From Hypanus sabinus (lineage: Eukaryota): a stretch of 64,000 bases of DNA. A program made the translations under genes and the position numbers. Below, one piece after another: positions 1 through 12,584 of the stretch. The notes below the pieces were generated by a model that saw only the letters and a program-made list of their open reading frames with translations, was not told where the DNA came from and ran no database searches. Position 1 is the first letter of the stretch, and every line of letters begins with the position of its first letter. The stretch lies in assembly GCF_030144855.1 (NCBI RefSeq), contig NC_082709.1, forward strand, positions 38,130,001 to 38,194,000. Reading direction: 5' to 3'.

Positions 1-65
1 CATATTTTATTATGTCCCTTTGAATTTTGGGGGGAAGGGTGGTTAGTGATTCTTGAATTCCTCAA

Positions 66-190
66 GAGTCATAAAGTGCTGAAACTGGCCCTTCAGCCCA
101 TCTAGTCCATGCTAACTCATCCCATTGACCTGCCCTTGGACCATAGCCTCCCATCCCCATTCCATCCATTTACTTATTGCTGATTTTCTG
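66..190 (-). mobile_element. CR1 LINE 3'-end fragment
   Basis: gaaactggcccttcagccca...ccatagcctcccatcccc is the reverse complement of the CR1 3' UTR seen in longer copies in this window. Confidence 0.5.
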
Positions 191-339
191 TAAGCTGTAC
201 AGCAGTAATGCAAGGATCAACTGTACTTGCATTACATTTTGCTTATTTAGTTCTGCTTCTGATGGATGGGAATTACTTAGAACTAGTAACTCCAGCAGCA
301 TATAAATACCAGTATGCAGTACCACAAGTCATTATAGAA

Positions 340-419
340 CAGGGGTTCTGCAGCTTTTTTATGCCATGGACCTCTATCATTAACCAAGGAGTGCATGGAC
401 CCCAAGTTGGAAACCCCTG
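340..419. mobile_element. 80-bp hAT-type MITE
   Basis: Termini CAGGGGTT...AACCCCTG; perfect 8-bp TSD TTATAGAA (332-339, 420-427), the TSD length typical of hAT elements. Confidence 0.82.
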
Positions 420-1283
420 TTATAGAAGCTACTGCTGGCTATAAATAATATCAGCAAATTATTCCTTCAAATTACTCATATTTCAAACCATCCATTAATC
501 CATTCCTAACAACCCTGGTTAAAAGTCAGGAACAAAATTTGCTAGAACTATTAAACAGGTAACCCAATCATTGTCATTTTTCTACCTGGTAACTCCGCTG
601 TAGACAAAAAGAATGTTTACCCCAGTGATACATATATACACAATTGTTCAGCCTCCATAATTCTGCTCCATCTTCATCTGAAATGGTTGACCTTTCATTT
701 TGAATCTAGATGCATCATTCTAGATTCAACACAAAAGGGGCACATCTTCTCATAGCTAATTTGTCAACACCCCGCAACAGTATCTTCATTTCATAATATC
801 CCCATTCATTCTTCTCAATTCTAATGAGATCACAACCAGGCTATAATCCTAATGCAGGATTTCAACCAATTATGTTAATAATTCCCTCACCCCTCAAACC
901 CAACAGATTTTGCTAGACCTGCAGAGTTCCGCCAGCAGTTTGTTCCCAAGCTGTAAAACCCATCCTCATAAGACAACCATTTCACTCCAGGGATCAGCAA
1001 TGGACCTTCCCTAATCTGTCTCCAGTGCAAGATATCCCTCCTTAAATAATGTGAGTAAAATTGTAAACAGTTCTTAAACTGTGTTCTCACCAGTGCTCTG
1101 TATAGTTATAATAAAATTTCACTTTTATACACTAGCACTTTTGCAATTCAAGCCAACATACCATATACCTTCCTGATATGCACACACTAACTTTGCGTTT
1201 ATGTGGAATGACAACCTGATCCCACTATAACCCAATGATATATTCTTCCATTCTGTACTTGTCGTGTCCTTTCATTTGCTATG

Positions 1284-1405
1284 TTACATGGAGCTTAGAA
1301 GAATAGAGGGCTATGGGTAAAGCCTAGGTAGTTCTAAATTAGGATCACGTTTTGCACAGCTTTGTGTGCCAGAGGGCCTGTATTGTGCTGTATGTTTTCT
1401 ATGTA
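1284..1405 (+). mobile_element. CR1 LINE 3' tail fragment
   Basis: Aligns by eye with 4836-4956 (tacatggagct...ttgtgctgta...ttttctatg). Confidence 0.7.
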
Positions 1406-1771
1406 TTCCCTTGCCTTGTTACCCACCCCAATATACACATTTGTGACTACCCAGTTAACTGATAGGAGTAGGAATGGAGATAAAAACAGAACAGTAAGAG
1501 AGTAAATAATGTTTCCATAAAGCTTGCCTAAGGGTCTTCAACCTGAAATATTAACTGTTTCTCTTCCCCAGTTGCAGATTGATCTCCTTAATGTATGCAG
1601 GATTTTATGTTTTTATTTTAATTTCCAGCATTTGCATTTTCTTGATTTTTAATAAAATTCCACCAATAGTGCCTTCTGGAAACTAATGTAGAACTCTTTA
1701 ATTAAAAGCATGAAATGGAATAAGTCATTGCTTCCATTGCTTAATTGTCATTGGAACCAAAAGCAACATAA

Positions 1772-2461
1772 GTTCCACTAGCTGAATTTCTTTCCTCCTG
1801 TTCCAAGTGCTCCCCAAATGTTGAACCAGCGTTCTTGACCTCTTTATGTCACGCTCCATTAATAGCTATAAACAATTCCAGGCGTGCTTCAACTCATTTG
1901 CCTTGAAGTAGGTTTTATTTCTGAAGCAATATAAAACTGAAGCCCCCAGTATAAAACTAAAACTGTTCTTGCATAAGAGGAGAACCAAAAGAACCTCAAC
2001 AGTCTTAGAAAAATGGTGGCCTAGGTCTCATCGTAATTCATTGACTATGTTTAAGAAACCATGTGTGGTGGCATGATAATGGGACTGAGATAAGGGATGG
2101 AGTTAAGAGCAAGGATTCTGGGTGAAGGTGGGTCCAGGCCAGTTGAGCTCCACTTTTTTTTGGGCAGTCGGCCCAGTCCTAATGAGTGAGTGAGCAGTTT
2201 GAAACCAAAGAACACACTCAAATAAACAGAATGCAAAACTGAAGAAATAGAAAACCCATTTTAGTGAATGAGTTTGTAAAGAAAACTAACAGCAAAGGGG
2301 ATTGCTTAACAAGTGACACATACTTCAAGGCAAATGAGCAGAGGGTGCTTCCAGAATTGTTTTACAGCTATTAATGAAGCATAGCTTAAAGGGAGCCATG
2401 AAGAGCAGTTCAAAATTCCTGATTATTCCAAGCAGGCAAAAAGAAATTTAGTTAATGGAAC
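1772..2461. repeat. Long imperfect inverted repeat (arms 1772-1910 and 2321-2461, 410-bp spacer)
   Basis: ctcatttgccttgaagta / tacttcaaggcaaatgag is a perfect 18-bp reverse complement; collinear similarity continues to gttccactagctgaatttcttt / aaagaaatttagttaatggaac. Confidence 0.8.
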
Positions 2462-2817
2462 AGGTACTGCTGTGAGAAGGAATAGTTACATTCAGATAGT
2501 TTGGTTGTTGACACTAAAATACCACAGCCACCATTAGCTGATGCAAGATTTTATTCAGAGGCACTTATTCCCCATCATGCGTTTCTTCACCGAGCTTGCA
2601 ACTTCATATGCCTGTATCCAGTTACATACAGAAGAAACCCCCAATGGATACACACCTCCTCACTGACTAATACTGATTGCGATGGGTCACATGGAAGCAA
2701 TTAACAAGGGTGATGTGCATTAAGGACCAACAAATGAAGCCATACGAGTTGAAATAAAGTACAAAAAAAAAAGTAATCGCATTGATAGAATATGCTGTAA
2801 AATCCAAATGGTTTGAG

Positions 2818-2902
2818 CAGGGGTTCACAATCTTTTTTTTAAAATGCTATGGTCCAATACCTTTTAACAAGTGGTCCATGGACCCCAGGTTGGGAATCCC
2901 TG
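2818..2902. mobile_element. hAT-type MITE, second copy
   Basis: CAGGGGTT...AATCCCTG, shared internal catggacccc motif; 8-bp TSD GGTTTGAG/GGTTAGAG (1 mismatch). Confidence 0.75.
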
Positions 2903-3717
2903 GGTTAGAGAGACAGAGGTTATAAATGCAGTCAAGTTCTAAGGGGCAAGAGAACCACAGTAGTTATTTAGTTAGTATAACCACAAAGGATAAAGAATGT
3001 GCTGTATTCTGGACCACTGATACTTAGGAAGTTCAACAAGAGAAGGGTTTGTACTGGACTTTGTTTTACGGAATGAAGCCAATTAAAGCAATACTGTTCA
3101 ACAGCATTTTAGAGGTAGTAATCTTAAATAATTAAATACACCAACAATATGATAGAATGGTGGCTCAGTTACTGGATTAGTAACTATAAGCCTGAATTAT
3201 TGATCTGAAGGCATGAATTTGGATCCCACTGAAACCACCAGATTATATTTTTTTAAAACACAATCTATTACTAATGTCCTGCAAGAATGGATTTGTCTCA
3301 AACAGCCCTTGGTGGTCAGAATATAATCAAAATATAATCAAATCAAAGCAAAATTTGCAAATTAAATCTAATGGTGACTCAATGAAGGGAAGCAAAGAGT
3401 AAGAGTCCGTGGGTGCTTTAGTAACTGGAAAACGTTTTGTATTTGCATTCCACAAGGCTCTATGATTCATCCCTGGCTGTTCATGTTTATCATCAATGAT
3501 TAGATTTGAGGGAACCATAATGCTAAAATTTGCGTACAATGGTAAGGATGACATGCACAAAGTATTACTGGATTGGTTAACTCACTGGGTAATTGTAGAT
3601 CAAAAGGGATATAGATACAAATATTAATAGAAGGAACTAAGTTACAAAGAAACTATTTCACCCAGCAGGTAGGGAAAAAGGCTAGCAAATGAATTTTTGT
3701 CCAGAACAGTGCAAGTT

Positions 3718-4956
3718 CTTACTTCAGTGGTCGGTAAGTTGATGGAAAAGATCCTGAAAGCAGGATTTATGAACATCTGAAGAGCCATAATATGATTAGG
3801 ATTAGTCAGCATGGCTTTGTCAAGGGAAGATCGTGCCTTACGAGCCTGATTGAATTTTTTGAGGATGTGACTAAACAGATTGATGAAGGAAGAGCAGTAG
3901 ATGTAGTGTATATGGATTTCAGCAAGGCATTTAATAAGGTACACCATGCAAGGCTTATTCAGAAAGTAAGGAGGCATGGGATCCAAAGGAACATTGCTTT
4001 GTAGATCCAGAACTGGCTTGCCTACAGAAGGCAAAGGGTGGTTGTAAACGGGTCATATTCTGCATGGAGTTTGGTCACCAGTGGAGTGCCTCAGGGATCT
4101 GTACTGGGACCCTTACTCTTTGTGATTTTTATAAATGACCTGGATGAGGAAGTGGAGTGATGGGTTAGTAAGTTTGCTGATGACACAAAGGTTGGAGGTG
4201 TTGTGGATAGTGTGGAGGGCTGTCACAGGTTACAGTGGGACATTGATAGGATGCAAAAATGGGCTGAGAAGTGGCAGATGGAGTTCAACCCAGACAAGTA
4301 TAAGGTGGTGTCAGCGCAGGTTGACTCTGTGGTTAAGACAACATACGGTGCATTGGCCTTCATCAATTGTGGGATTGAATTTGGGAGCCGAGATGTAATG
4401 TTACAGCTATATAGGATCCTAGTCTGTCCCCACTTGGAGTACTATGCTCAGTTCTGGTCACCTCACTACAGGAAGGATGTGGAAACCATAGAAAGGGTGT
4501 AAAGGAGATTTACAAGGATGTTGCCTGGATTGGGGAGCATGTCTTATGAGAATAGGTTGAGTGAACTTGGCCTTTTTTCCTTGGAGCGAAGGAGGATGAC
4601 CTAATATAAGATGATGAAAGGCATTGATCATGTGGATATTCAGAAGCTTTTCCCCAGGGCTGAAATGGCTAACATGAGCAGGAACAGTTTTAAGGTGCTT
4701 GGAAGTAGGTACAGAGAAGATATCAGCGGTAAGTTTTTTTTTATACGCAGAGAGTGGTGAGTGCGTGGAATGGGCTGCCAGCGACGGTGGTAGAAGCGGA
4801 TACAATAGGGTCTTTTAAGAGAGTCCTGGGCAGATACATGGAGCTCAGAAATAGAGGAATATGGGTAACCCTAGGTAATTTCTCAGGTAAGGACACGTTC
4901 TGCTCAACTTTGTGGGCCAAAAGGTCTGCATTGTGCTGTAGGTTTTCTATGTTTCT
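3718..4956 (+). mobile_element. 5'-truncated CR1 LINE (decayed ORF2 RT plus 3' UTR)
   Basis: ORF pieces SQHGFVKGRSCLTSLIEFFEDVT..VDVVYMDFSKAF and PHLEYYAQFWSPHYRKD; DNA for [10 protein letters not shown] and KFADDT; ttctatg tail; 5-bp TSD AAGTT (3713-3717, 4957-4961). Confidence 0.92.
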
Positions 4957-5426
4957 AAGTTAAACCATCAAGTTTGGCAAATAAGGAAAGGCAATACACA
5001 CTTGCTGAGGAGAGTATCCAGAAGACTCTGGAGTGCACGATCAGCCCCCTAAAGGTAATAGGGCATTAAGATAGGATGGTAAAGGTGGCAAATAGAGTAC
5101 AATCCATTATTAGGAAAGACATGAAATACAAAATCAGCGTAATTATTCTAGTCTCACAAACACTACTTTGGCCAAGCTGGAGTCATGCATGTAATCAGGT
5201 CGCCACATTACAGAAAGGATGCCAACATGCTCTTAATTGATAAAATTAAAGGGAACACATCAAGATTTTGCCAGAACCACAGAATTTCAGCAATGAGAAA
5301 TTATTGACTCAGCTGACATTGGTTCCTTCAGAATATCAAGGGTGAGGAAGCATCAACTTTAGTGTGTAAAATTTTAAGAGACAGATAAAAAGAACTTTTT
5401 GAATAAAAGATAATTGTTTTTTTAAA

Positions 5427-5563
5427 AAAAGGGATGTCAATGCAAGGTTACTAATAGAAGGAACTAAGTTACGGAGAAACTATTTCACCCAGCAGGTGGG
5501 AAAAAAGGCTGACATATGAACTTCTGTCCAGAACAGTGCAAGTTAAACCATTCAGTTTGGCAA
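5427..5563 (+). repeat. Local duplicate of the segment 3602-3717 plus 4957-4980
   Basis: taatagaaggaactaagttac..gaaactatttcacccagcaggt..tgtccagaacagtgcaagtt occurs twice; the first copy is split by the CR1 insertion. Confidence 0.8.
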
Positions 5564-6179
5564 GCTCAGATTTGCACTTAAAGTGCTATAAATTAAATTA
5601 AAGTATTATTGGTGCAAACAAAAATTGCCAAATAATATCAATAAATTAGTGAGAGAGCTCTCAACCTTAAAATGGGTGGAGTGTGGTAGTAATACCTGTG
5701 TCCAATCCATTGCAATTTCCAATTCATTTCTTAGAAACAGTGAGGACACCACAGAGAAATGTTGGATGGAGGAAATTACAGTGAAAGGAAGGGTTGAGGT
5801 TTTCCAAACTGGGCTGTAATTGGATCAGTACCTCTCACAGGTCACCAGGCAGACTTAGAGAGATTTCATGCATCGATAGTACAGTCTTGGATCAGGTCAG
5901 GTTTACACTGGGAGCAAGTTGGATGCCAGTTAATTGGAAATTGAAGGTGCAAGTTATCCTCGGGGGATAATTAGGTCATCATTTCAGAAGCAGAAGGCTT
6001 GAGACAAGGCTGAGCTGGCTGCACATAACCAAAATACTATACATTCAGCACAAATGACTGAGGATGAATTCATAGCCTCAGAAAAAGGTATTTTCAACCA
6101 AACCCAACTGGCTTTGTCTTCATCAAATGTTCAGAGTAGTGCTATTCAGTGTTTGTTATAGACTATTCATGTGTAATAG

Positions 6180-7520
6180 TTCAAAAGAAGACTAATGAGG
6201 TAGTGTTCATGGGCCATTCAGAAATCTGATGGCAGAGAGGAAGAAGCAGTTTTTGTGCATCTGCGTGTGTACTCAGACTCCTGTACTTCTCCCTGATGGT
6301 AGTAATGACAAGAGTGCATGCCCTGATGGCAAGAATAGGTGGATGCCACTTTCTTGAGGCACTGCATTTTGAATATGTCCTAAATGTTGGGAAGGTATGT
6401 GCCATGATATAGCTGGCAGAGTCTTTAATCCTCTTTCAATCTTGTGCATTAGAGCCCCTATACCAGATGGTTATTCAACTAGTCAGAACTCTCTCAGAGA
6501 GAGAAATTTGCCAGTGTGTTTGGTGAGATACCAGATCTTCTCAAAAACTCTTAATGAAGTAGGGCCACTGGCATGCCTTCATCATGATTGCACTGTTGGG
6601 TTGGGCCTCAGATAGATCCTCTGAGATGTTGAGACACAGGAACTTGAAACTACTCACACTTTCCAATGGTGGTCCCCTCAATGAGGACCAGAGCATGTTC
6701 TCCAAACTGCCCAATCCTGAGATCCGTAATCAAACCCAAGGACTTGCTGATGTTGAGTACAATGTTGTTGTTGTGACGCCACTCAACCTGCTGATTTATC
6801 TCACTCCTGTACACCCCCTCATCACCATCTGAGATTCTGCCAACAGTGGTATCATCATAGATGGCATATGAGCTGTGCATAGCCACGTAATCATGACAGT
6901 AGAGAGGAAAGTGGGCTAAGCACATCATTCTTGACAGGCATCCAGTTTGATTACCAGCAAGGAGGAGAGATGCTACTTTGATCCATACTGATTGTGGTAT
7001 TCTGATGAGGAAGTCAAGGATCCAGTTGCAAAGAGAGGTGGTGGTCCAGGTTTTCAAGTTTATTGATACGTACTGTGGTGCTGAATTCCAAGCTGTAGTG
7101 GATAAACAGCAGCCAGACATGGGTACTGTTGTTGTCCAGATTGTCCAAGGCTGAATGGAGAGGTAGTGAAATTCCATCCACTTTCCAAATACCAAATTCA
7201 ATCTGTTGTATTAGTCGGTAAATTGCAGTGGGTCCAGGTCCTCGCACAGACAGGAGTTATAACCCAAGTCATAACCAACCTCTTCAAGCATCAGTTACTG
7301 CAAGTGCTGCTAGGCAATGGCTGTTGAGGCTGTTCATTCTGATCTCCTTGGCCACTGGGAAAAACGCTGCCCGTTTGAAGCAGGTGGGAACTGCAGACCA
7401 CAGCAGTGAGAGGGTAAATATGTTCTTGAATAGTCCAGCCAGTTGGGTGCCTAGGTTTTCAGTATCCAGCCAGATATATGGCAGGGCCTAATGGTTTGTA
7501 AGGGTTCACCTTCTTGTAGG
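6180..7520 (-). mobile_element. Rex1/Babar-type LINE, decayed RT and 3' region
   Basis: ORF 6650-7201 contains SLCNWILDFL..PQSV and YDDTTVGRISDGDEGVYRSEI..WRHNNNIVLNISK, characteristic of Rex1/Babar RT. Confidence 0.8.
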
Positions 7521-8075
7521 AGCACAAATCAATCCTCACAGGGATCAGAAGTGGAGAAATTGAGCAATTTCACGCTCCTGAGTGTCAATATCTTTGAGGA
7601 TCTAATCTATTCACTACGTATCGACGCAGCTACAAAGAAAGAAAGTCAGCAGCTATATTTCATTCAGAGTTTAAGGAGATTTGGATCATCACCTAAAACA
7701 CTCAAAACTTCTAGAGATGTACAGTTGAGAGCATTCTGACTGGCTACATTACCATCTGGTACGTGGGGGAGGGGTGAGTGAGGGCTACTGCACAGGATCA
7801 AAGCAAGTTGCAGAAAGTTGTTAGATTAGTCATCTCCCTCATGTGTAAGTAGCCTCCAAAGTATCCAAGACATCTTTAAGGAGTGGTGCCTCGGGGGCAA
7901 TGGCCATCAGTAAAGACCCATACCCACCCAGTAATGCCTTCTTATTGTTAAAATCAGGAAGGATGTACAAAACCTTAAGGCACACACTCAAGAACTGCTT
8001 CTTCCCCTCTGCCATCTGATTTCTAAATGGACTTTGAACCGGTGAACACTCCCTCACTAGTTCTTCTTTAAGCTT
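7520..8075 (+). mobile_element. Rex1/Babar-type LINE 3' fragment
   Basis: KKESQQLYFIQSLRRFG..gagagcattctgactggct; similar to the 62191-62619 ORF. Confidence 0.7.
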
Positions 8076-8079
8076 ATTT

Positions 8080-8960
8080 CTGATCTTCCATGTCAAAGTG
8101 AAACAGATCTCTACAAAGTGATCTAACTTAATTAGAAATATAAAACACAAAATAATCGACTGCATATGTATTCACCCCCTTGTCAGTATTTAGTAGATGC
8201 ACCTTTGGCAGCAATTACAGATTTGAGTCTGTGTGGATAGGTCTCTGTCAGCTTTGTACATCTGGACACTGCAATTTTTCACCATTCTTCTTTATAAAAC
8301 TGCTCAAGCTCTGTCATTGTGGGTATAATGAGGGAACAGCCCTTTTCAAGTCCAGACACAAATTCTCAATTGGATTGAGACTCTGACTTGCCCACTCTGG
8401 GATATAAACTTAGTTGTTTTTAAGCCATTCCTGTTCAGCTTTGGCTTTATGCTTGGGGTCATTGTCTTGCTGGAAAACAAAATCTCCCAAGACATAGTTC
8501 TCTTGCAGACTGCATTAGGTTTTTCTCCTGGATTTTCCTGTACTTTGCTGCAATTCATTTTACCCTCTACCTTCACACGCCTTCCAGGGCCTGCTGCAAT
8601 GAAGCAAACCCACAGCACGATGCAGCCACCACCATGCTTCACGGTAGGGATGGTGTGTTTTTGATGATGTGCGGTGTTTGTCTTACACCAAATGTAGGGT
8701 TTAGTCAAATGACCAAAAAGCTCAATTTTGGTTTCTTCAGACCATAGAATCTTCGTCTAGCTGACTTCAGAATCTCCCACATGCATTCTGGCAAACTCTA
8801 GCCAAGATTTCATGTGAGTTATTTTTTCCCCAACAGTGGCTTTCTCTTTGCCACTCTCTCATAAAGCTGCAATTGGTGAAACACCCGGGCAACAGTTGTA
8901 TGTGCAGTCTCTCCCATCTCAGCTGCTGAAGCTTGCAACTCCTCTGGAGTTGTCAGAGGC
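8080..8960 (-). mobile_element. Tc1-like DNA transposon fragment (dead transposase)
   Basis: ORF 8346-8708 HTIPTVKHGGGCIVLWVCF..GPG..KVEGKMN is the Tc1 DDE-domain motif; frameshifted downstream. Confidence 0.85.
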
Positions 8961-9275
8961 CTGTAAATAGGTTCTGTAATTCAGTTATTTTTCCTATATT
9001 CATCATGCTTTGCAGCACACTGAAGCAGCAAAATTAACAAATGTCACGATGACATATGCCAGTGATGGTAAACCTGATTCGGATATTCTGACATTAGCCT
9101 CTGACACAGAGGTCACACGGTCACCAGCTGTAGTGGGAATTTGCACAGCTGTTATTTTATTCTACCTTTCAATGCATGCATAAAGGGTGTTGCGCTCATC
9201 GGGGAGCTGAACAGTAATAAGCTACATTCACACTATGCAACACCGTTGAACAGAATAAGCTACATTCTTCGAATG

Positions 9276-9349
9276 CAGGGTTCTCTACCCTTTTTTTTAA
9301 AATAAATGCTATGGACTATTACCATTAAGCAAGGATTCCATGAACCCCA
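9276..9349. mobile_element. Truncated third copy of the hAT MITE
   Basis: cagggttct..atgctatggac..ccatgaacccc resembles 340-419; right terminus missing. Confidence 0.5.
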
Positions 9350-9920
9350 TGTCTAATGACATCAGCACTTACTAAATTCTCTACTATCAACCTCTAGTGT
9401 AGCCACAATAGTATAGAGAATATGAATACTTTACAATGAATCAAAACTGTGTTTGGAATGTTCCCTTTTTAACTGAATGATGTAGCCACAATATCAGTAA
9501 AAGGGCTTGATCTTATCCAGCATGGAAAAATACACTATTCTTGTATTAGCTCCATATCTTCCATGCAGTCATCGGCACGCTGTGGCACATGTTGTTTGCC
9601 GAAAGACACCTTCAACTCATTGAATACACTTCATCTATGCCTTCCTTCCCTGCAATCTTCATCAAAGATTTCAAATTGCACTCCCACTAGACAATAATTA
9701 ACTTTGCAGGCTCTCACTGACCTGCCATCTGAAATGTCTTCATACCACTTACCACAGGTTCCAACACTACCGTCCCACATCCAATAATTATTATAGGCTC
9801 AATATATCTAGTCCATGTAAGAGAATCATAGTAAAGGGAAAGTAAGAATAAACTGATAGCAAATAAACTGGTGAGCAGGTTTAATGTCATTTATTGCTAT
9901 GCATTCTAAATAAAAAGTCC

Positions 9921-10618
9921 AAGCAACACACACAAAATGCTGGAGGAACTCAGCAGGCCAGGCAGCATCTATGGAAAAGAGTAAACAGTCGATATTTTGG
10001 GCCAAGACCCTTCAACAGAACTGGAGAAAAAAGATGAGGTGTAGAGTTAAAAGGTGGGGGGAGGGAAGGGAGAAACACAAGGAGATAGGTGAAACCGGGA
10101 GGGGGAGATGTGGTAAAGAGGAAATTGATCGGTGATAAGCGATAGAGGGCTGGAGAAAGGGAAATCTAATAGGAGAGGAAGAAGGCCATAGAAGAAAGAA
10201 AGAAAATGGGTGGAAGAGCACCAGAGGGAAGCGATAGGCAGGCAAGGAGATAAGAGTGAGAGGGGGAAAAGGAGTTGGGGAATAATGAAGGAGAGTTTGG
10301 TGGGGGTGCATTACTGGAAGTTTGAGAAACCCGATGTTCATGCCATCCGGTTGGAAGCTACCCAAACAGATAAGGTGTTGTTTCTCCAACTTATGTGTGG
10401 CCTCATCATGACAGTAGAGAAGGTCATGGATAGACATATGAGAATGGGAATGGGAAGTGGAATTAAAATGGGTTTCCACTGGAGATCCAACTTTTTCTGA
10501 TGGATGGAGTGTAGGTTCTCAGCGAAGCGGGCTCCCAAACTGCATCAGGTCTCACCAATATACAGGAGGCCACACTGGGAACACTTGACACAGAACATAA
10601 CCCCAGCAGACTCACAAG
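9921..10618 (-). mobile_element. Penelope-like element 3' part (GIY-YIG C-terminus plus terminal repeat)
   Basis: HFNSTSHSHSHMSIHDLLYCHDEATHKLEKQHLI.LGSFQPDGMN; terminal repeat with decayed hammerhead at about 9986-10023. Confidence 0.85.
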
Positions 10619-10789
10619 AGTTAACTGGTAATGACTTCCAACAGAACTTGTGTAAAGATTGTGCAATATTAAGAGATTTCCCCATCTAAGTATAGTAGAT
10701 CTTTTGAAATTTTCTGGATTAATAGAAGTTCATATTTAATTCTGAGTTGTACTTTAAGTTCTAGTCAATGTAAAACAAAGTCCTAAATC

Positions 10790-11160
10790 ACAGGACTCTG
10801 CAAAGAGTGGGGCGGACAACCCAGCGCATCTGTAGGTATGAATTTCCAATGATTCAAGACATTTGCAAAGACAGGTGTGGAAAAAAGGACCTGAAGAATT
10901 ATTAGGGACCCAAGTCACCCCAACTACAATCTATTCCAGCTGCTACCATCCAGAAAATGGTACCACAGCATTAAAGCCAGGGCCAACAGGCTCCGAGACA
11001 GCTTCTTCCACCAGGCCATAAGACTGATTAACTCACGCTGATTTGAGTAAATAGAAATACACTCAAGTTATTATAAATTACTATGATTGCACAATTAGAC
11101 AGATGTAAAGATTTTTACTCATGTATGTGAAGGATGCAAGAATAAAAGTCAATTTAATTC
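10790..11160 (+). mobile_element. Rex1/Babar 3' fragment
   Basis: Same sequence family as 62042-62430 in the opposite orientation (gacccaagtcaccccaac..aataaaagtcaatttaattc). Confidence 0.75.
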
Positions 11161-12506
11161 AAAAATCGTAAGCATTTCTTTTGCAAATTTTACTCACAAT
11201 TGGAGAAGCAACATTACTACTTAGCTTCATGCAGCTCAGACTTTGCTTAAAGAGTTAACACAGTCAACTAATTGTGTGGAAGCTAGAGATAAATTAAGGC
11301 GGATGAAACAACAGGATTCATGCTGGCAAATGCTTTAGCTTTTTCTTTAAAACTTATAGGAGTGAACACTGACCATGAAATGATGAAATGCAGATAGTGG
11401 AAGAGAAGGAAGAAAAAAAACAACCAGTATTTGCTTCTGGACAGCAGGAGCTAAGAAAGGCGAATAAACTGGTAGTATTCTAACAATGAAAAAGAAAGTA
11501 TTAGTGACAAATATTTTGTGAAACCAGAGCTGAATATTGGATCACAGAGAATTGTAATACCAAGTCTTATTTGGTATTCAGATTGCTGTTCTCACAAAAG
11601 GAGGGCTACCAAACTGACATGCAGCCAGATCATAAAGGCAAACAAGTTTAAAAGACTTCTTTTCTTTTCCAAGCCTTATAATAATCTGTACAGATATTCA
11701 AAAAATGTCCATCTCCACCAGCCCTGCATGAAATTAGAGCATTCACAGATCTTACTCTGGGCCAACCACTACCATCCACTTAGAAGTCCAAGGGAGGAGC
11801 ACAACAAGGACCACTGGAAGGAAATTGGGCCAGAAAATCTGGTTGTCTCCAACTCTCCCCCAAGAATTGTTATATGGAGTGAATGGGAACAGGACTGACC
11901 ACTAACATTCTCACCATCAACAGGAGAGAAAAAATATGGAAGTAGAAGCAGGTAAATATCAGCCTAGCTGATGACACTGCAAAAACTCTTCCTGTTTTTA
12001 TTGTCATCCTACTTTCCTCAATAAATGTAGCCTTTCAATGAAGTAAAAAAAACTTTAAATTCATGTTAGCCCATCAAACTTAAAAATGAAACACACTCTT
12101 ATAACCCTAATATATACATAACTGCTTGACACTCAGTGCAAGATAGCTTTAATTCAATGCTGCATAATTGAATCCAAATATTACAAAACTGATCCAAGGC
12201 AAAAGTAGACAATGCCTGATTTTATCAAATATGAGAGATGCACACAATGATACATGCCTATTTGGTTTAAGAATGAACAAAACTGTTAAATGCAGCTTGT
12301 TATTAAACAGTTATATTTATTGCCAATTTCTGACTGGATGCATCAGAAGTGTATAATCCATTCCTGCAATAGGAAGGGCAGTGTAATCTAGTGCTTGTGG
12401 TGCCAGGTAAGCTATACACGGTTCATCATCTCTCTGGAGTAAATTGTGTATTGGTATTCAGTGGGTCACACGGTAGATGCAAGTGGTGCTGGACCTTTTA
12501 ATGACA

Positions 12507-12562
12507 TACAAAATTCTAGAGGAACTCAGCAAGGATTTCCAGCATCTGCTGATTTTCTCTTG
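12507..12562. mobile_element. 56-bp PLE micro-insertion made of two opposed terminal-repeat pieces
   Basis: acaaaattctagaggaactcagca joined to ggatttccagcatctgctgattttctcttg; perfect 12-bp TSD CTTTTAATGACA (12495-12506, 12563-12574). Confidence 0.72.
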
Positions 12563-12584
12563 CTTTTAATGACAGAATTCTATT

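Noticed and set aside
11518-11898. 126-aa ORF
   Set aside because: Non-ATG start and no recognisable motifs.
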